From the NCBI RefSeq assembly GCF_004010195.1, contig NC_057750.1, positions 11,817,144 to 11,881,143 of the forward strand: 64,000 bases of DNA. The letters run 5' to 3'. This DNA is from Chiloscyllium plagiosum. Its lineage: Eukaryota. Positions 23,822 through 36,050 of this stretch are shown here, piece after piece. The notes under the pieces were generated by a model. That model saw nothing but the letters and a program-made list of their open reading frames with translations, searched no databases and was not told the DNA's origin. Both the position numbers and the translations under genes were made by a program. Position 1 is the first letter of the stretch, and each line of letters begins with the position of its first letter.

Positions 23822-24140
23822 GACAGGCTAAGCAAAGACATGCTAGAGAATACCTAGAGGCCTGGCACTCCAACCGCAACGCCATAAACAAACACATAGA
23901 TCTAGATACCATCTATCAACCCCTCAGAAAACGAACAGGAAATGACATCACCACAAACCCCAGGAACCCCATCCAGGACAAACATATAAATAGAAAACAG
24001 GAGACAACAGCTTCGCTTCATTTGGAGGTCGCCACTGATGATGTTACCGAGCCAGGTAATGAAATGTCTGGATATCAAACCTACAGCTCAGAGAGCAAAC
24101 CTACACCCTAAACCTCAACCTGAGCTACAAACCTTGCAGA
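23822..24140 (+). mobile_element. Penelope-like element 3' end (GIY-YIG tail plus 3' region)
   Basis: AKQRHAREYLEAWHSNRNAINKHIDLDTIYQPLRKRTGND. Confidence 0.8.
24032..24071 (+). ncRNA. Minimal hammerhead ribozyme motif in the PLE 3' region
   Basis: cca-CTGATGA-t-gttacc-gagcca-ggtaat-GAAA-tg-TC-tgg: stem I cca/tgg, 6-bp stem II. Confidence 0.7.
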
Positions 24141-25445
24141 GAAGTTTTCTCCAATAAGAACTGATTTTGCCTTTGACCTGCAATTGAATTTTCCCCTTCA
24201 TCAGACACGTGAGACTGACTCTGACTTGGATCTGAACTGATTTCAGGAATGATTTGTATTGGAGCAGCAATCAGTATGCTACCCATATCCCAACTGTCTG
24301 ATTCAGCAGGCACATTTGATTCTTCCCAATACTCTTTTTGCTTCATGAACTTTTGAAGGTAAAACATGATCTACGTATCCAAATCTAACCTTTCCACAAC
24401 AAAGCATCTTGATCCAGATGTGCGGGCCATATACTTTTACACATTTCCTTGGTAGTCACTTCAACCCACTTGTGAAGAAATTCTTAATCTTCTGGTTCAA
24501 CATTAGACTTCTTTTTCTCATTCTACCCCAGTTATGACCTTTGTTCCGTCTGGATGGTTTTTTCTTCTGACTGCTAAATGTGGTTTTAGCAATGAAATCC
24601 TCATTCTCAGAAACAGTTCAGCTGACATTCTCCCAGTAGTGAGAGGTGTGTTCGGGAAAAATAAACAAAATTACACCCCTTTGTGATTCAGTGATATCTG
24701 AAATTTCATCCAATTTGTATCCAGCATTTTTTAAACAAGAGCACGCTTGATATTTTGTACTCATGCATTTACTGTTTCATTCGAAGCAAGGATGATTCAG
24801 TGAAACTCTAGATGTTTGATCTTGTTCATTCTCATGAAATTTGAAAACTCTCTGATGCAAAACTGAGGTCCTTTATCAGACACACTTTCTTCTGGAAATC
24901 CAAAAGCAACAGTCAAACAATACAAAACATCCAGAGTTTTTCTTCTAACTGTTACATCAGACACCCTTCAACTGACTTGGAAATGACTATCTATCTCAAT
25001 GTATAACTATTGCCCTTCAAATTCTGATAGAACACCCTATACAGCCTTTGTCACATGTTTGATGGTTATTTTCATGATTGCAAAGGTACCATTGGTGGTT
25101 TTCCTACAGCTTGATGTACACTATGCTGATTAATTGTTTGTTCTATGTCCTCATTGAACTCTGACCTCTAAAGATAGCTTCTCACCAGGCTGTTAGTCAA
25201 ACTCAACCCTACGTGTTGATCGGGAGGGTTGAACATTACGTCACTTTATATCTCCGGCTCTCTACAAAACACAAAGGACAACTCATTCTCATGGGTAAAG
25301 TAAAAAGACCTGTTTTCTAAATCTGTGTTGGCAACACGTTTTTGATATGGTAATACAGCCTTGACAATATGGTATCCATACAACTTATCAATGTCATCTG
25401 CTCTGATTGGCAACTCATCTACATGTGAAAAGAAAAATATATCCT

Positions 25446-25592
25446 TCTTCAGTGTTCTGAGGAAGGGTCACTTGACCTGAAACATTAACTCTGATTTCTC
25501 TTCACAGATGCTGCCAGACCTGATGAGCTTTTCCAGCAATTTCTGTTTTTGTTTCTGATTTCCAGCATCCACAGTTTTTTTGGTTTTTATTT
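25446..25592 (+). mobile_element. Short non-autonomous element with a 5' hammerhead
   Basis: 11-bp TSD aaatatatcct at 25435-25445 and 25593-25603; gatgctgccagacctg body related to the 15218/23495 family. Confidence 0.7.
25450..25493 (+). ncRNA. Minimal hammerhead ribozyme motif
   Basis: cagtgtt-CTGAGGA-a-gggtca-ct-tgacct-GAAA-ca-TT-aactctg: 7-position stem I with one U.U mismatch, stem II present. Confidence 0.65.
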
Positions 25593-26858
25593 AAATATAT
25601 CCTCCTTTATATGTCAGATGAGGATGGTAATCTAGGAATTGCGTTAGCATTACAATGGTTAGAAGATCACCTCTACTTTAATATTGTTCTTCTAAGAAGA
25701 TAAAACTAAAGCTAATCGCTGTATTTGGGCTGCAGTTAAAGTGAGTGCTGGAGCCTTCAGACTCAAAATAGTCATCAGGAGTTTATGATCACTTTCAATT
25801 GTGAAACCGCGACGATACAATTATTTATGAAATAAAAGCAGAAAGTGCTGGAGAAACTCTGCAAACTCACAAAATGAGTCATAACATTAACACTATTTCT
25901 GTTTCCACAGATGCTGTCAGAGTTTCTGCAGTGCATTCTGTTTTTGTTTAGCTTTTCAGCATACACAACAGTTTCCCAACAAAAGAATACCCCTCACACT
26001 TCATCTACTGGCTTGTTAGAAGCTTACCCAACCCCAACGTTTTCAGCTAGAGACATCCACAATTTCCACTTTGTCGCCAAATGCAGTATATTTGCAGGAC
26101 AGCCTGAAACAATGTGCAAATACTGGACCTGATTTATTTTGGTACATACATACAAGGGCCACAAGAGGGTGCTATTAGTAAAGTTGGCTGTAAAGTACTT
26201 TATCGAGAGTGTGGCGCTGGATAAAGCACAGCAGGTCAGGCAGCATCTGAGGAGCTGGAGAATCGATTGTTTTGGGCATAAGCCCTTCATCAATACTTTG
26301 GAATGTTCTGAGATTGTGAAAGGCCTTTCTTTAAGACCTATTGTTTTAATGCACCTCCCACCCCCATGACCTCATCCCCAAAGGATTATATGTTCTCCAA
26401 ATTTATTTTCTCAAAACAATATGCTGCTAAACTGAAGCAGGATCCAAGCTAATTGGGCAACGTCACTGGCACAAATTATCCTGTTGAGTGGCAGTTTGTT
26501 TCAGTCCGAGGCAAATTCTCTTTTCCATCAGAGTCAAATCAAGTGCCTAGCAGGAGAGAGGAAAAGACTAACTCCATCCTTTCTGCCATTGTTGGGAAAG
26601 CTTTGTGGTCCAGATCTGGCGGTTAACAGGTATGAAGTGGAACAAGACCTGTTGAACCTGCTTAATCAATACATAACTGAGGCTTGGACCAGAGTTATAC
26701 TCAAGAGGCTGTCCATTGGTTTAGGGGAAGTTGGAATGTTCAGCATTAGATATAGCTGCCTTTAACCAGTAGATATATTAAGGCTGAGGGGGGAGTGAAA
26801 TGAAAGTTGAGTTAAACTATGATTTATGATGTTCTATTTTTCCTATTGTCTTTTCTAG

Positions 26859-26930
26859 TCTAATGAGCGAACTGGTATATACAGCGAGGCAGTTGATGGC
26901 AGACGAAGCACTGAGCTGTGGTCTGGTGAG
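26859..26930 (+). CDS. ECH1: ECH1 exon 8
   Basis: LMSELVYTARQLMADEALSCGLV(S); ttctag acceptor, gtaatc donor. Confidence 0.95.
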
Positions 26931-28573
26931 GTAATCTATTTGATTCTAAGTTACATTCAACCTTGTGTCAACCAAGTCACTGTGTTTGTGATCAGTCGTT
27001 GCAAAGCTGCTAGCTTCATCTCACTATGACCCTGTTGATCAGTCCGCTCCAGGATGCTACTCACATTTGTACCTCTGACATACCCAGGAGCATCCTCATC
27101 AGGTGCCGGAGCTCTGTTAACTGCTTCTTGTAGACGAGAAACTGAACTAGGTCACCCAGAGCCTTAACAGAGTAAAATACCTGACGCCAGTCCTGGTTCA
27201 CTGGTGGCACTCAGACAGTAGGAGATTGTAGGTTGTTTACTACTCTAAAGACTTGAGCAGAATTTCTAGCGGAGCTCTGAACGTTACCTCAAGTGGACGC
27301 AAAAGATCCCACTGCACTATTTTAAAGAAGGCCAGGCAAGATAATCCAGTGTTTATCCCTTGAATAACATCAAAAAAACAAATCAGCTGGTAATCACATC
27401 TGGGGACCCTGTCTAGTGTAAATTGCCACATTTCCTACATTATAATATTGGCTACATTTTCAAATACTTTCGGGGAATTGTAACGCCTTGAAAGTCCGCA
27501 TAAATGCAAGTTATATCTATCTGTTCGATTCTAAAACATATTCCAGAATAAATGTGCATCAGTTGTCTGGTTCCATAAGACTGAAGCCAAAATGAAGAGG
27601 GTGATGTATGCGTGTAACACAACAGGAGGCCATTGTAAGGCATGATAGTATGATGTCTCCATCGTTATGAAAAAGATTGGTGCAGTGAGTGCCATTACAC
27701 ACTAGTCTGAGAGTGTATTCACTGGATTAATTTATTTTCATATTGGGCTTGATGTTTAACATTGATCTGAATGTTCTAAATTCACCATTAGGTCAGAGGG
27801 CACTTGCACAGGTGTTATGACACAGAGCACCATGCAGTAAATCTTGGTTCTTGATCTGAGTTATTGCATCTCAGCTGAGACAGCAGTTGTCCTTGGCGCT
27901 GTGTGTGTTGATTTTAGTGGATTTGTGCTTTGCTGTAATGCCACATGTGTTCAGATAGCCCATCAAACCTCATGGGAAGAATGACAACTTGAATAGAGTA
28001 CTAGAGGTCTTTCAGGAGATTGATATAGTTCTTAGAGTAAAGGGATCAAAAGGTATGGGAGAATGCAGGAACACAGTACTGAGTTGGATGATCAGACACT
28101 TTAATATCGAGTAGTAGAGAAGGCATGAATGGCCAAATGGCCTACTCATGTTGTTATTTTCTACGCTTCTCCTTTCAGAACCTATCACATTTGGGATGGT
28201 GATGACAATTGTATACATTGAGATATGAAATGAAATTTGCATTGTGTTATCTTGTCTCAATTAGATTGGCAGACGACCAAGTAACTAATATTACCACATG
28301 CAATTATAAACATGGATCTAGTGAGGCCAGGAACCGAGAGATAATTACCATTATCTGTTGGCTGCCTTTTAGCAGGGTACCTGTAACAATTCCAAATCTT
28401 GCTGATGTTAGATTTGGCTTTGCTTGCGCCTCCTCCCCCACTCCATGTAGTATGGTAGTGTGCCAAAGCATACTGACCCATGAAGCATGTACACTGAAGA
28501 ATTGGCATGTTGAACTTTGCCAACATTAAAAAGACTAATGTCACAAGCTTGTTTTCTTTCATCTTGTCTGAAG

Positions 28574-28724
28574 CCGAGTCTTTGAAGACAAAGAAGCCAT
28601 GTTGGAAGGTGCCTTCGAGATGGCATCTGAGATAGCCAGTAAGAGCCCATTGGCAGTACAAGGAACCAAGCTGAACCTGATTTATTCAAGAGACCACCCT
28701 GTTAAGGACGGTTTGAACTATATT
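28574..28724 (+). CDS. ECH1: ECH1 exon 9
   Basis: RVFEDKEAMLEGAFEMASEIASKSPLAVQGTKLNLIYSRDHPVKDGLNYI; aag acceptor, gtgagt donor. Confidence 0.95.
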
Positions 28725-29500
28725 GTGAGTATGAGACAAATGATTGTGGTTGACGTAAAGGGTCATTGGGCAGCATTGCAACAGGAACAACCTGACCTCT
28801 TGTCCCCTCTTGACTGGTGGATGTATGTGAGACATTTAAAGATTACAATGGAATATCCACGCGAGAGGTATTTTAGAATATACCACAAACACCTTGAAAT
28901 AAACACCACTTTATTGGACTCAAGTAATTAATATTGCCACATGGATCTTCAAAGAAGAGCCTGTGCTTAACCACTTATTCCCTTTCTGCGGAGACACTTT
29001 GAGTCTCCCATGAGAATATTCACAATATTGGAAATCCAAGGTCATGCAGTCTCATAGTGAATGTGAACAAACAAAGCCTATGTTTTGAAAGCTGAAAGGG
29101 CTTTTTAATTTCAGAGAGGCAATAGGAACTGGGAGAGACAATTTCCCCCTAAGTATTGTTTTCCCTTTGTCCACCCACATCTTTTAAAGAAAGTATCTGT
29201 TGGATGAACAATATTATCCTCTTCTTGGTGGATTGGCACTATTTCAAAGTGGGCAAGGCATGTGTATTTTTTTGTTTATTTTTTCTCATTACCCATGCAT
29301 CCCCTTTGGCATTGCTTATCAGGATTGAGATATTGCGAACCATTTGATAAAGTACCTTTTATGTTTGAGGTGACAGTACCTCAGCTAAATAAATTCCTGC
29401 ACAGTTCAGTGGCGATTATCCATCGTTTATACTCTCTCATGATTTCCTTTCATTAACAATGAACAGGATACACTAAGGCTATCTCCTTGTTTTTCTCCAG

Positions 29501-29605
29501 GCCACATGGAACATGTCAATGTTACAAACAGATGACCTTATAAAGTCAGCCCAGGCTGCAATGGAGAAAAAGTCCCCCAAAGATGTGCCTTACTCCAAAT
29601 TGTGA
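29501..29605 (+). CDS. ECH1: ECH1 exon 10 (delta3,5-delta2,4-dienoyl-CoA isomerase C-terminus, PTS1)
   Basis: ATWNMSMLQTDDLIKSAQAAMEKKSPKDVPYSKL-TGA; exons sum to 930 nt = 309 aa plus stop. Confidence 0.95.
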   Translation, partial: ATWNMSMLQTDDLIKSAQAAMEKKSPKDVPYSKL

Positions 29606-29678
29606 TGGAAAAAAGTTTCAATATACCTGTTCTCAATTTGCGCTAATAATTCCTCTAATTCTGATGATTTTGAAAGCA

Positions 29679-29684
29679 AATAAA
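29679..29684 (+). terminator. Probable ECH1 poly(A) signal
   Basis: AATAAA 73 nt after the stop codon. Confidence 0.5.
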
Positions 29685-29829
29685 CTCATAGAACATTGCC
29701 TACAAAAATGTTATTTACAATGTAGATGTTATCAAATCATTTTTACATTCTGTGATTTTTATTTGCCATCATTTTCAGCTTTTGATTTGTAAATCCACCA
29801 GTGTAATCATGTAATCACAATAATCATTA

Positions 29830-30195
29830 TGGGGAGATGGAGGCATAGTGGTAATGTCACTGACTAGAAATCCGGGGAAAATGGTTTCAAGTCTTACCAC
29901 GGCAGCAGGAATGGAATTTAAATTCAATCAATGAATTTTGGAATTAAAAAGATATGATCACCATTACTGAGATTAAACTTGTAATTGATTATTATAAAAA
30001 TCCATCTGTTTGCGATGTCATTTAGGGAAGGAAATATGCATTCTTACCTGGTCTGGGCCTACTCCAACCCGAGACACTCAGGGATTGTAGCTGATTCTTA
30101 ACTGTCCTCTGAAATGGCTTAGCACATGCTTTCGTTTGGGCAACAAATGTTAGCCTAGTCTGCAACACCCACACCCCAAGTAAGAAAATGAAGAA
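29830..30195 (+). mobile_element. Old tRNA-derived SINE with a LINE-like tail
   Basis: ggcatagtggtaatgtcac A-box-like head, ggtttcaagtc B-box-like motif, gggcaacaaatg tail shared with 9835 and 17930. Confidence 0.5.
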
Positions 30196-30224
30196 AAACA
30201 ATGAATGTGAAAGTCATTACTTTT

Positions 30225-33172
30225 TTTAAATAATGTTTTTATTGAAAGAAAAAGATTTTTTATAAAATTACAAAATTCCAACAATAATACACCAACAAAA
30301 AAACACTACTCTGTATAAAACAAGAAACAACACAAATAAAACTCAACTATTCTCATGTGCAAGATGAACAAATCAGTAAAGGCAATTAATAAATAAATTA
30401 ATAAATAAAACATCTCAGCACAACAAAGCATTAGCTCCCGAACTCTGAGAGCATTGAGTATTACACATGAATTTATTCAAAATGCTTCCTTTGAGGGTTT
30501 CAAGTTCACTAAATCGAATCGTCATGGCTACACAAAACCCCTAGTTAAGATGGCAGATAAATCTACATCCAGATCATCAAAAACAGCCACCATATCTTAG
30601 AAATATTTTCAGTTTCTCGGCGTACAGTATTCGTAAGAAAGTCCAAAGGAATATGTTCCATGATTAGCTTACTCCAACCTGACAGACTTGGGGGGGTTTT
30701 CAGAGACCCCACACATCAAAATATTTTTTCTCGCTCAAAAAGTGAGAAAATTAAAAAGTCTTTTCCCATGAACATCTAAGGAAGATAAATTGGGTAGGCC
30801 CAGGAGAAGAGAGATAGGCTTGCTCTTAACTTCAATCCCCAAGACCCTCTCTATTACTCCTGCCACAGCACTCCAATATGTATGGAGTCTGCGGCAAGAC
30901 CACAGACAATGAGTGAGACTATCGATACATATTTTACGCATAGTTGCCATTTGCCAGTGCTGAGAGCCTATAACATTGCCCTTAACCTCAATCTCTAAAT
31001 ATACTGCAGGGTGGTCAGAAATATTAATATTTCCAATTGTGCAAGATCTTACCAAATCCAAGGATAATGCAGAGGTTAGAAAAAGATCAATCCTCGTATG
31101 ACACTTGTATGGATTAGAAAAAAACGTTAAGTCCGTACCCATGGGGTGGTGATGCCTCCAGACATCCACCAATCCCAATTCCGCACATAAATCCACTAGT
31201 TGCTTAGATGGTAAAGAAAGTGTTGAGGGGCCTCCAGGCATTCTATCCATCGCAGGATCCATAAGGCAATTAAAGTCTCCCCCTATAATAATCTGCCATA
31301 GTGCAAGTGCGATCAGTTTGGAGAGTGCGTCTATCTAAAGTTTAACGGGATGTGCCGGGGGACAAAAACATTCAAAATACCATACTCTTCTCCATGTATT
31401 GAGGCTTTAAGAATGACGAACTGCCCATACTCTTCTTTAATCTGATCTAGCAACTTAAACGGACAATTGTAAGTATGGCCATTCCTCTCCACTCCTAGTG
31501 TTGAAGGAGGAGAAATACACCCGATCAAACCCACCCTGCTGCAATTTCAGATGTTCCTTATCATCAAGGTGAGTCTCCTGCAAAAGGGCAATGTCTACAC
31601 TCTCCTTTCTAAGACTAGAAAGCACCTTTTTCTTCTTAACTGGTGAATGGATCCCCTCTAATGTTCCAGGTACACCATTTGAGGACACAATTAGCCATGA
31701 CTCTCTGTAACAACATTTGAACTCCAAAAAGAAAGAATTCGACTTACCAGTTGTTGAGCATAAACAAAAAAAGACTTATGAAGTCTAAAAAATACATAAA
31801 CTACAACTACTAAAACTAACATACTCATAACTACGTATACAAAAAACCAACAAACTAAACTAAATATAAGACGCAGTGAGTGGTTCTACCCCCTGCCCAC
31901 AGGGGGCACTTACATATCCCAAAAACAGCCTCATAACTCCTTCCAGCTTGAGCCGCATTCCAGACCCAAGCCAAAAAAGGAAAGAAAAGTAAGATTAGCA
32001 AGGAAATTAAAAGTAGGCACTCTACCCATCCCCAAAAATGCATGAACACCCATTAATATCAGAAAAACTTCAGCAACACTTTCTTTAAGAAAAAGAAAAA
32101 AAAGACACTATTGCCCACATCCTTTAAGTCATCCAGTCTATTTTAAAGCATCCAAAAAGTTTTTCACTTTTTCTGAAGAGTCAAATGAGTGCACAGACAC
32201 ATCATAAGCGAAACGAAGCACCACCGGATACTTCAAGGAATACTGGATATCAAGGTCTCTGTTTTCTCTTGGCTTCATCAAAGCATTTCCTTTTATAAAT
32301 CACAGCTGTAGAAATGTCCTGGAAGAACATTACCCTGGCACCTTCGTGAGTTAAGGCTTGTGGATCCTTCCTCTTCACTCTGGAGGCTTTCATAACTTTA
32401 ACTTTGTCCCTGTAACTGTGGAGTCGCACTAGGACCACGCGAGGGTGCTGGTCCGAAACTGGCCTACCCACCGCAACCCAATGGGCCCTGTCAACTTTCA
32501 CCCGGCCTGACCCAACCTCCAAGCCAAGAAATCGCGGCAGCCAGCTCTCAAAGAAGCTCGCTGGCTGATTGCCTGATATTCCCTCTGGCAGCCCCGTGAC
32601 ACAGAGATTCTTTTGCCTACCTCTGTTCTCGAGGCTGTTGACTTGTTCGAGTAAGGTAAGGACCTGCTTCTCGAGAGCTCGAATCTGTTCCTTTGAAGAG
32701 TCGATCGTGGTGTCCAAAGCTGCGGTCCTTCATTCAACTGCCTCTGTTCGGCATCCAAGGCCTTCAAGCTGCTCCTCATGCTTGTGGAGCACGGACTACA
32801 TTGGGTCCAGCCTACCACGGAACTCCTCCTCGATCGACAACTTGATCATTTCTCGCAGTTTCATAAACGCTGCACCCAGGGCCTGGTGGGTGAGTGACTC
32901 CGACAGACTAGTGGAGGGAGCTGCAGCTGCAGGCAATCTGACATCTCTGGTGAGTGTTCCATATGTTGGGACTTACTTGAATCTTTTACCTTTTGTCATA
33001 TTTCTTCCATAGAACAGACTTTGTAAAAATATTGTATAGGTTGTACCATTCTTTAAAGGCCAAATTTCACAAAAATAACTTAGGTGGGGAGGGTGAAAGT
33101 ACTACTTTGCCTGAGGTGAGATGTAGAACTCAGCAAAGCAGACCTTTCAGATTGCTGCCATCTTGGATTCCC
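30225..33172 (-). mobile_element. L1-clade LINE with intact 5' end, ORF1, endonuclease and ORF2 C-terminus, but RT deleted
   Basis: 15-bp TSD aaagtcattactttt at 30210-30224 and 33173-33187; 5' GGGAATCCAAGATGGC; ORF1 LENRGRQKNLCVTGLPEG; EN DIALLQETHL and NISDH; C-terminal HCLWSC; AATAAA and A-rich tail. Confidence 0.85.
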
Positions 33173-33209
33173 AAAGTCATTACTTTTAATGTAATAAAAA
33201 TTAAACCAT

Positions 33210-33460
33210 GGGCCCTCTTGTGGTGCAGTGGTAGTGTCCCTACCCCTGAACCGAGAGGTCTGGGTTCAAGTCCCACCTGCTCCAGGGGTTTATAATAACA
33301 TCACTGAACAAGTTGATTAGAAAAATAAATTAAAGGTCAAAACAAGGGCTCTTGTGGCACAATTTGTAGTGTTCTTACCTCTGGGCCGGGAGGCTTAGGT
33401 TCATGTCCAAACTGCTCCAGAGGTGTGTAATAATGCCTCTTGAACAGGTTGATTTTAAAA
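33210..33460 (+). mobile_element. Two tandem short tRNA-derived SINEs (related copies at about 57140-57335)
   Basis: tggtgcagtggtagtgtccctacc..gggttcaagtccc heads. Confidence 0.6.
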
Positions 33461-34179
33461 AACGGAAATGCATGAGGTAGGAATACGATGTTTGCGGTCC
33501 CTCCAGCTTCATTAACTTATGTACAGAATCATGATAAATTTTTATCCCTCAAGCATTGTTGCTAAACTATTTAACATTCATTCATTATCTCATTGTTACT
33601 TGTGGCCATTTGCTGTGCTCAAATTGGTTTGTGTTTTCCTACTTTACAATAATGATGATGCTTTCCAACTATTTAATTGTAAATTGTGGGTTTTGGAATG
33701 TCTTGATTTGAGACAATATAAATACAACTCCCTCCTTTTTTGCAGTTGCTTTCATTTCTACTTGCCTATTGAACCCTGATTTTTCCATATTCAATTCCTG
33801 CTCTGAACCTTTGTACCCTGACCTGGATATGGCAGAATGAAATGTTTTCTTAACTTTTGAAGCATGAGCAACCTCATTCCTGGTCCTGGCCAAGCAACTT
33901 GAAGGAGGAAAAATGAGGGAACTGGTAGCTCTGAAATTGCTGGAGGAGATGGACATGATCAGCTTGGATAATGAGTCCCTGAGATTTTCCTTTGCAGAGT
34001 AAGTAGAGGTAAGTGAATATTTTGAAACAGGTGCAGGATTCTCATAGATAAAGGACAGCACTAGAAATACAATGGAATGAAACCATTTATGGAAGCACTC
34101 TGGAAGCTTGCAATTTCTCATCAGGCTGGCCATCCCAGGATTAGAGATGTGCTGCAGTTGATCAAGTCTTCTAGTATAC

Positions 34180-34765
34180 AGAGTCATTGAGTCATTCAGC
34201 ATGGAAACAGAGCCTTAGGTCCAACCATCCATGCTGAACATAATCCCAAACAAAACTAGTCCCACCTGCCTGCTCCTGACCCATATCCCTCCAAATATCT
34301 CCTATTCATGTACTTATCTAAATGTCTGTTAAACATTGTCATTGTACCACATCCACCACTTCCTCAGGGAGTTCATTTCACAAGTGAACCACCCTCTGTG
34401 TAAAAAAAAAAAAATGTCCACCTTACCTTTTTTAAATCTTTCTCCTCTCACCTTAAAAATGTGCACCCAGTCTTGAAATCCCCCCCGGAAAAGATAACTA
34501 GCATAAACTCTACCTATACCCCTCATTATTTCATAAACTTCTCAACCTCCTACACTCCAGTGAAAAAGGTCCCAGCCTTTCTTATAACTCAAACCTTCCA
34601 TACCTGGCAACATCCTGGCAAATCTCTCCTCAACCATCTCCAGTTTCATATCTTTCCTATAACTGGGCAACCAGAACTGGACATAGCATTGTAGAAGAGT
34701 TCTTAACAACCTCTTGTACAATCTCAACATCACTTCCCAACTCCTATACTCAAAGGACTGAGCAG
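34180..34765 (-). mobile_element. CR1 LINE 3' fragment
   Basis: EYRSWEVMLRLYK..FWLPSYRKD plus CR1 tail. Confidence 0.8.
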
Positions 34766-35444
34766 TATGTAATTGGTCTCTTCCTGATTCAAACAAAAAC
34801 ATCTCCACATTTATCACTTTAAAAATGATGATTCAGTCATGTTTCGTGTAATCTCCCCATTTCCCCCTTAGTAAACATGTTTTGATTTAGCCTCCAATAA
34901 GGAGGAATCTTCCATTCCCTGCAACATTCTGGTAAATCTTTTCTGAACCTCTCCAGTTTAATAATATTCTTCCTATAACAAGAGTGACCAGCACTGTAAA
35001 AGAGGCCTTGCCAACAGAGGAATTGGCATTGCTCCAAAATTGAGCCAAATGCTTCTAAGTGCAGTGCAGCTACAATACAATCAGCAACAATCACCATTTA
35101 TGTGGCACCTTTATTACAGTGAAATGTTGATTATCAAATATTTTATTATTCGTTCATGGGATGTGGTCATCGCTGGTTGGTCCATCATTTACTGCCCTTG
35201 AGAAAGTTGTGAGAAGCTGCCTCTTTTAGCTGCTGCAATCTATTTGGTGGAAGTAGGCTCACAATGATGTGAGGGAGGGAGTGGCAGGATTTTGACCCAG
35301 CAACACTGCAGGAACAACAATGTATTTCCAAGTCAGGATGTTGAGTCACTTGGACGAGAACTCATAGGTGGTGATGTTCCTAGGATCTGTTGTCCTTATC
35401 CTTCTAGATGGTAAATGTCATGTGTTGAGAAGCTGTTGTCTAAG

Positions 35445-36050
35445 GAGAAGGTGTTTAGAACGGTTGCCTTCATTGTTCAGACCTTTGAGTATAGGAGTTG
35501 GAATGTCATGTTCAAGTTGTAGAGGATGTTGGTGAGGCCTCTTTTACAGTGCTGGTCACTCTTGTTATAGGAAGAATATTATTAAACTGGAGAGGTTCAG
35601 AAAAGATTTACCAGAATGTTGCAGGGAATGGAAGATTTAAGATATAAAAATTGACTGGGAAGATTGGGACTTCTTTCACTGGAGTGTAGGAGATTGATGA
35701 GTGTCCTTATTGAGATTTATAAAATCATAAAGGGCATAGATAAGGTGAATGACAAGGTCTTTTCCCTAGACTGGGGAAGTAATCTTGGGGACAGATTTTT
35801 AAAGTGAAGGAGAAAGATTTAAAAGGGACATAAGGGGCAACCTTTTTACATAGAGTATGGAATGAATTGCCAGAGAAAGTGATGGATGCAGGTACAGTTA
35901 CAATGTTTGAAAGACATTTGGATATGTTCGTAAAAACGAAAGGTTTAGTGGTATACGGGCCAAACACAGGCAGATGGGACCAGTTTGGGAATATGGTAGG
36001 TGTGGACTGATTGGACTAAAGGGTTTGTTTCCATGTTGTATGACTGAGAC
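35445..36050 (+). mobile_element. CR1 LINE 3' fragment
   Basis: Degenerate CR1 ORF2 C-terminus and tail. Confidence 0.8.

Noticed and set aside
26255..26295. Hammerhead in the short element copy (likewise about 46495, 50383 and 63011)
   Set aside because: Core positions are mutated (TTGATGA/AAAA and similar); these are family members but not credible ribozymes.
27085..27110. CTGATGA on the - strand as another hammerhead
   Set aside because: No stem II followed by GAAA at a suitable distance.
33669..34202. 177-aa - strand ORF
   Set aside because: No recognisable domain or splice context, and it begins in a CR1 tail; likely chance.
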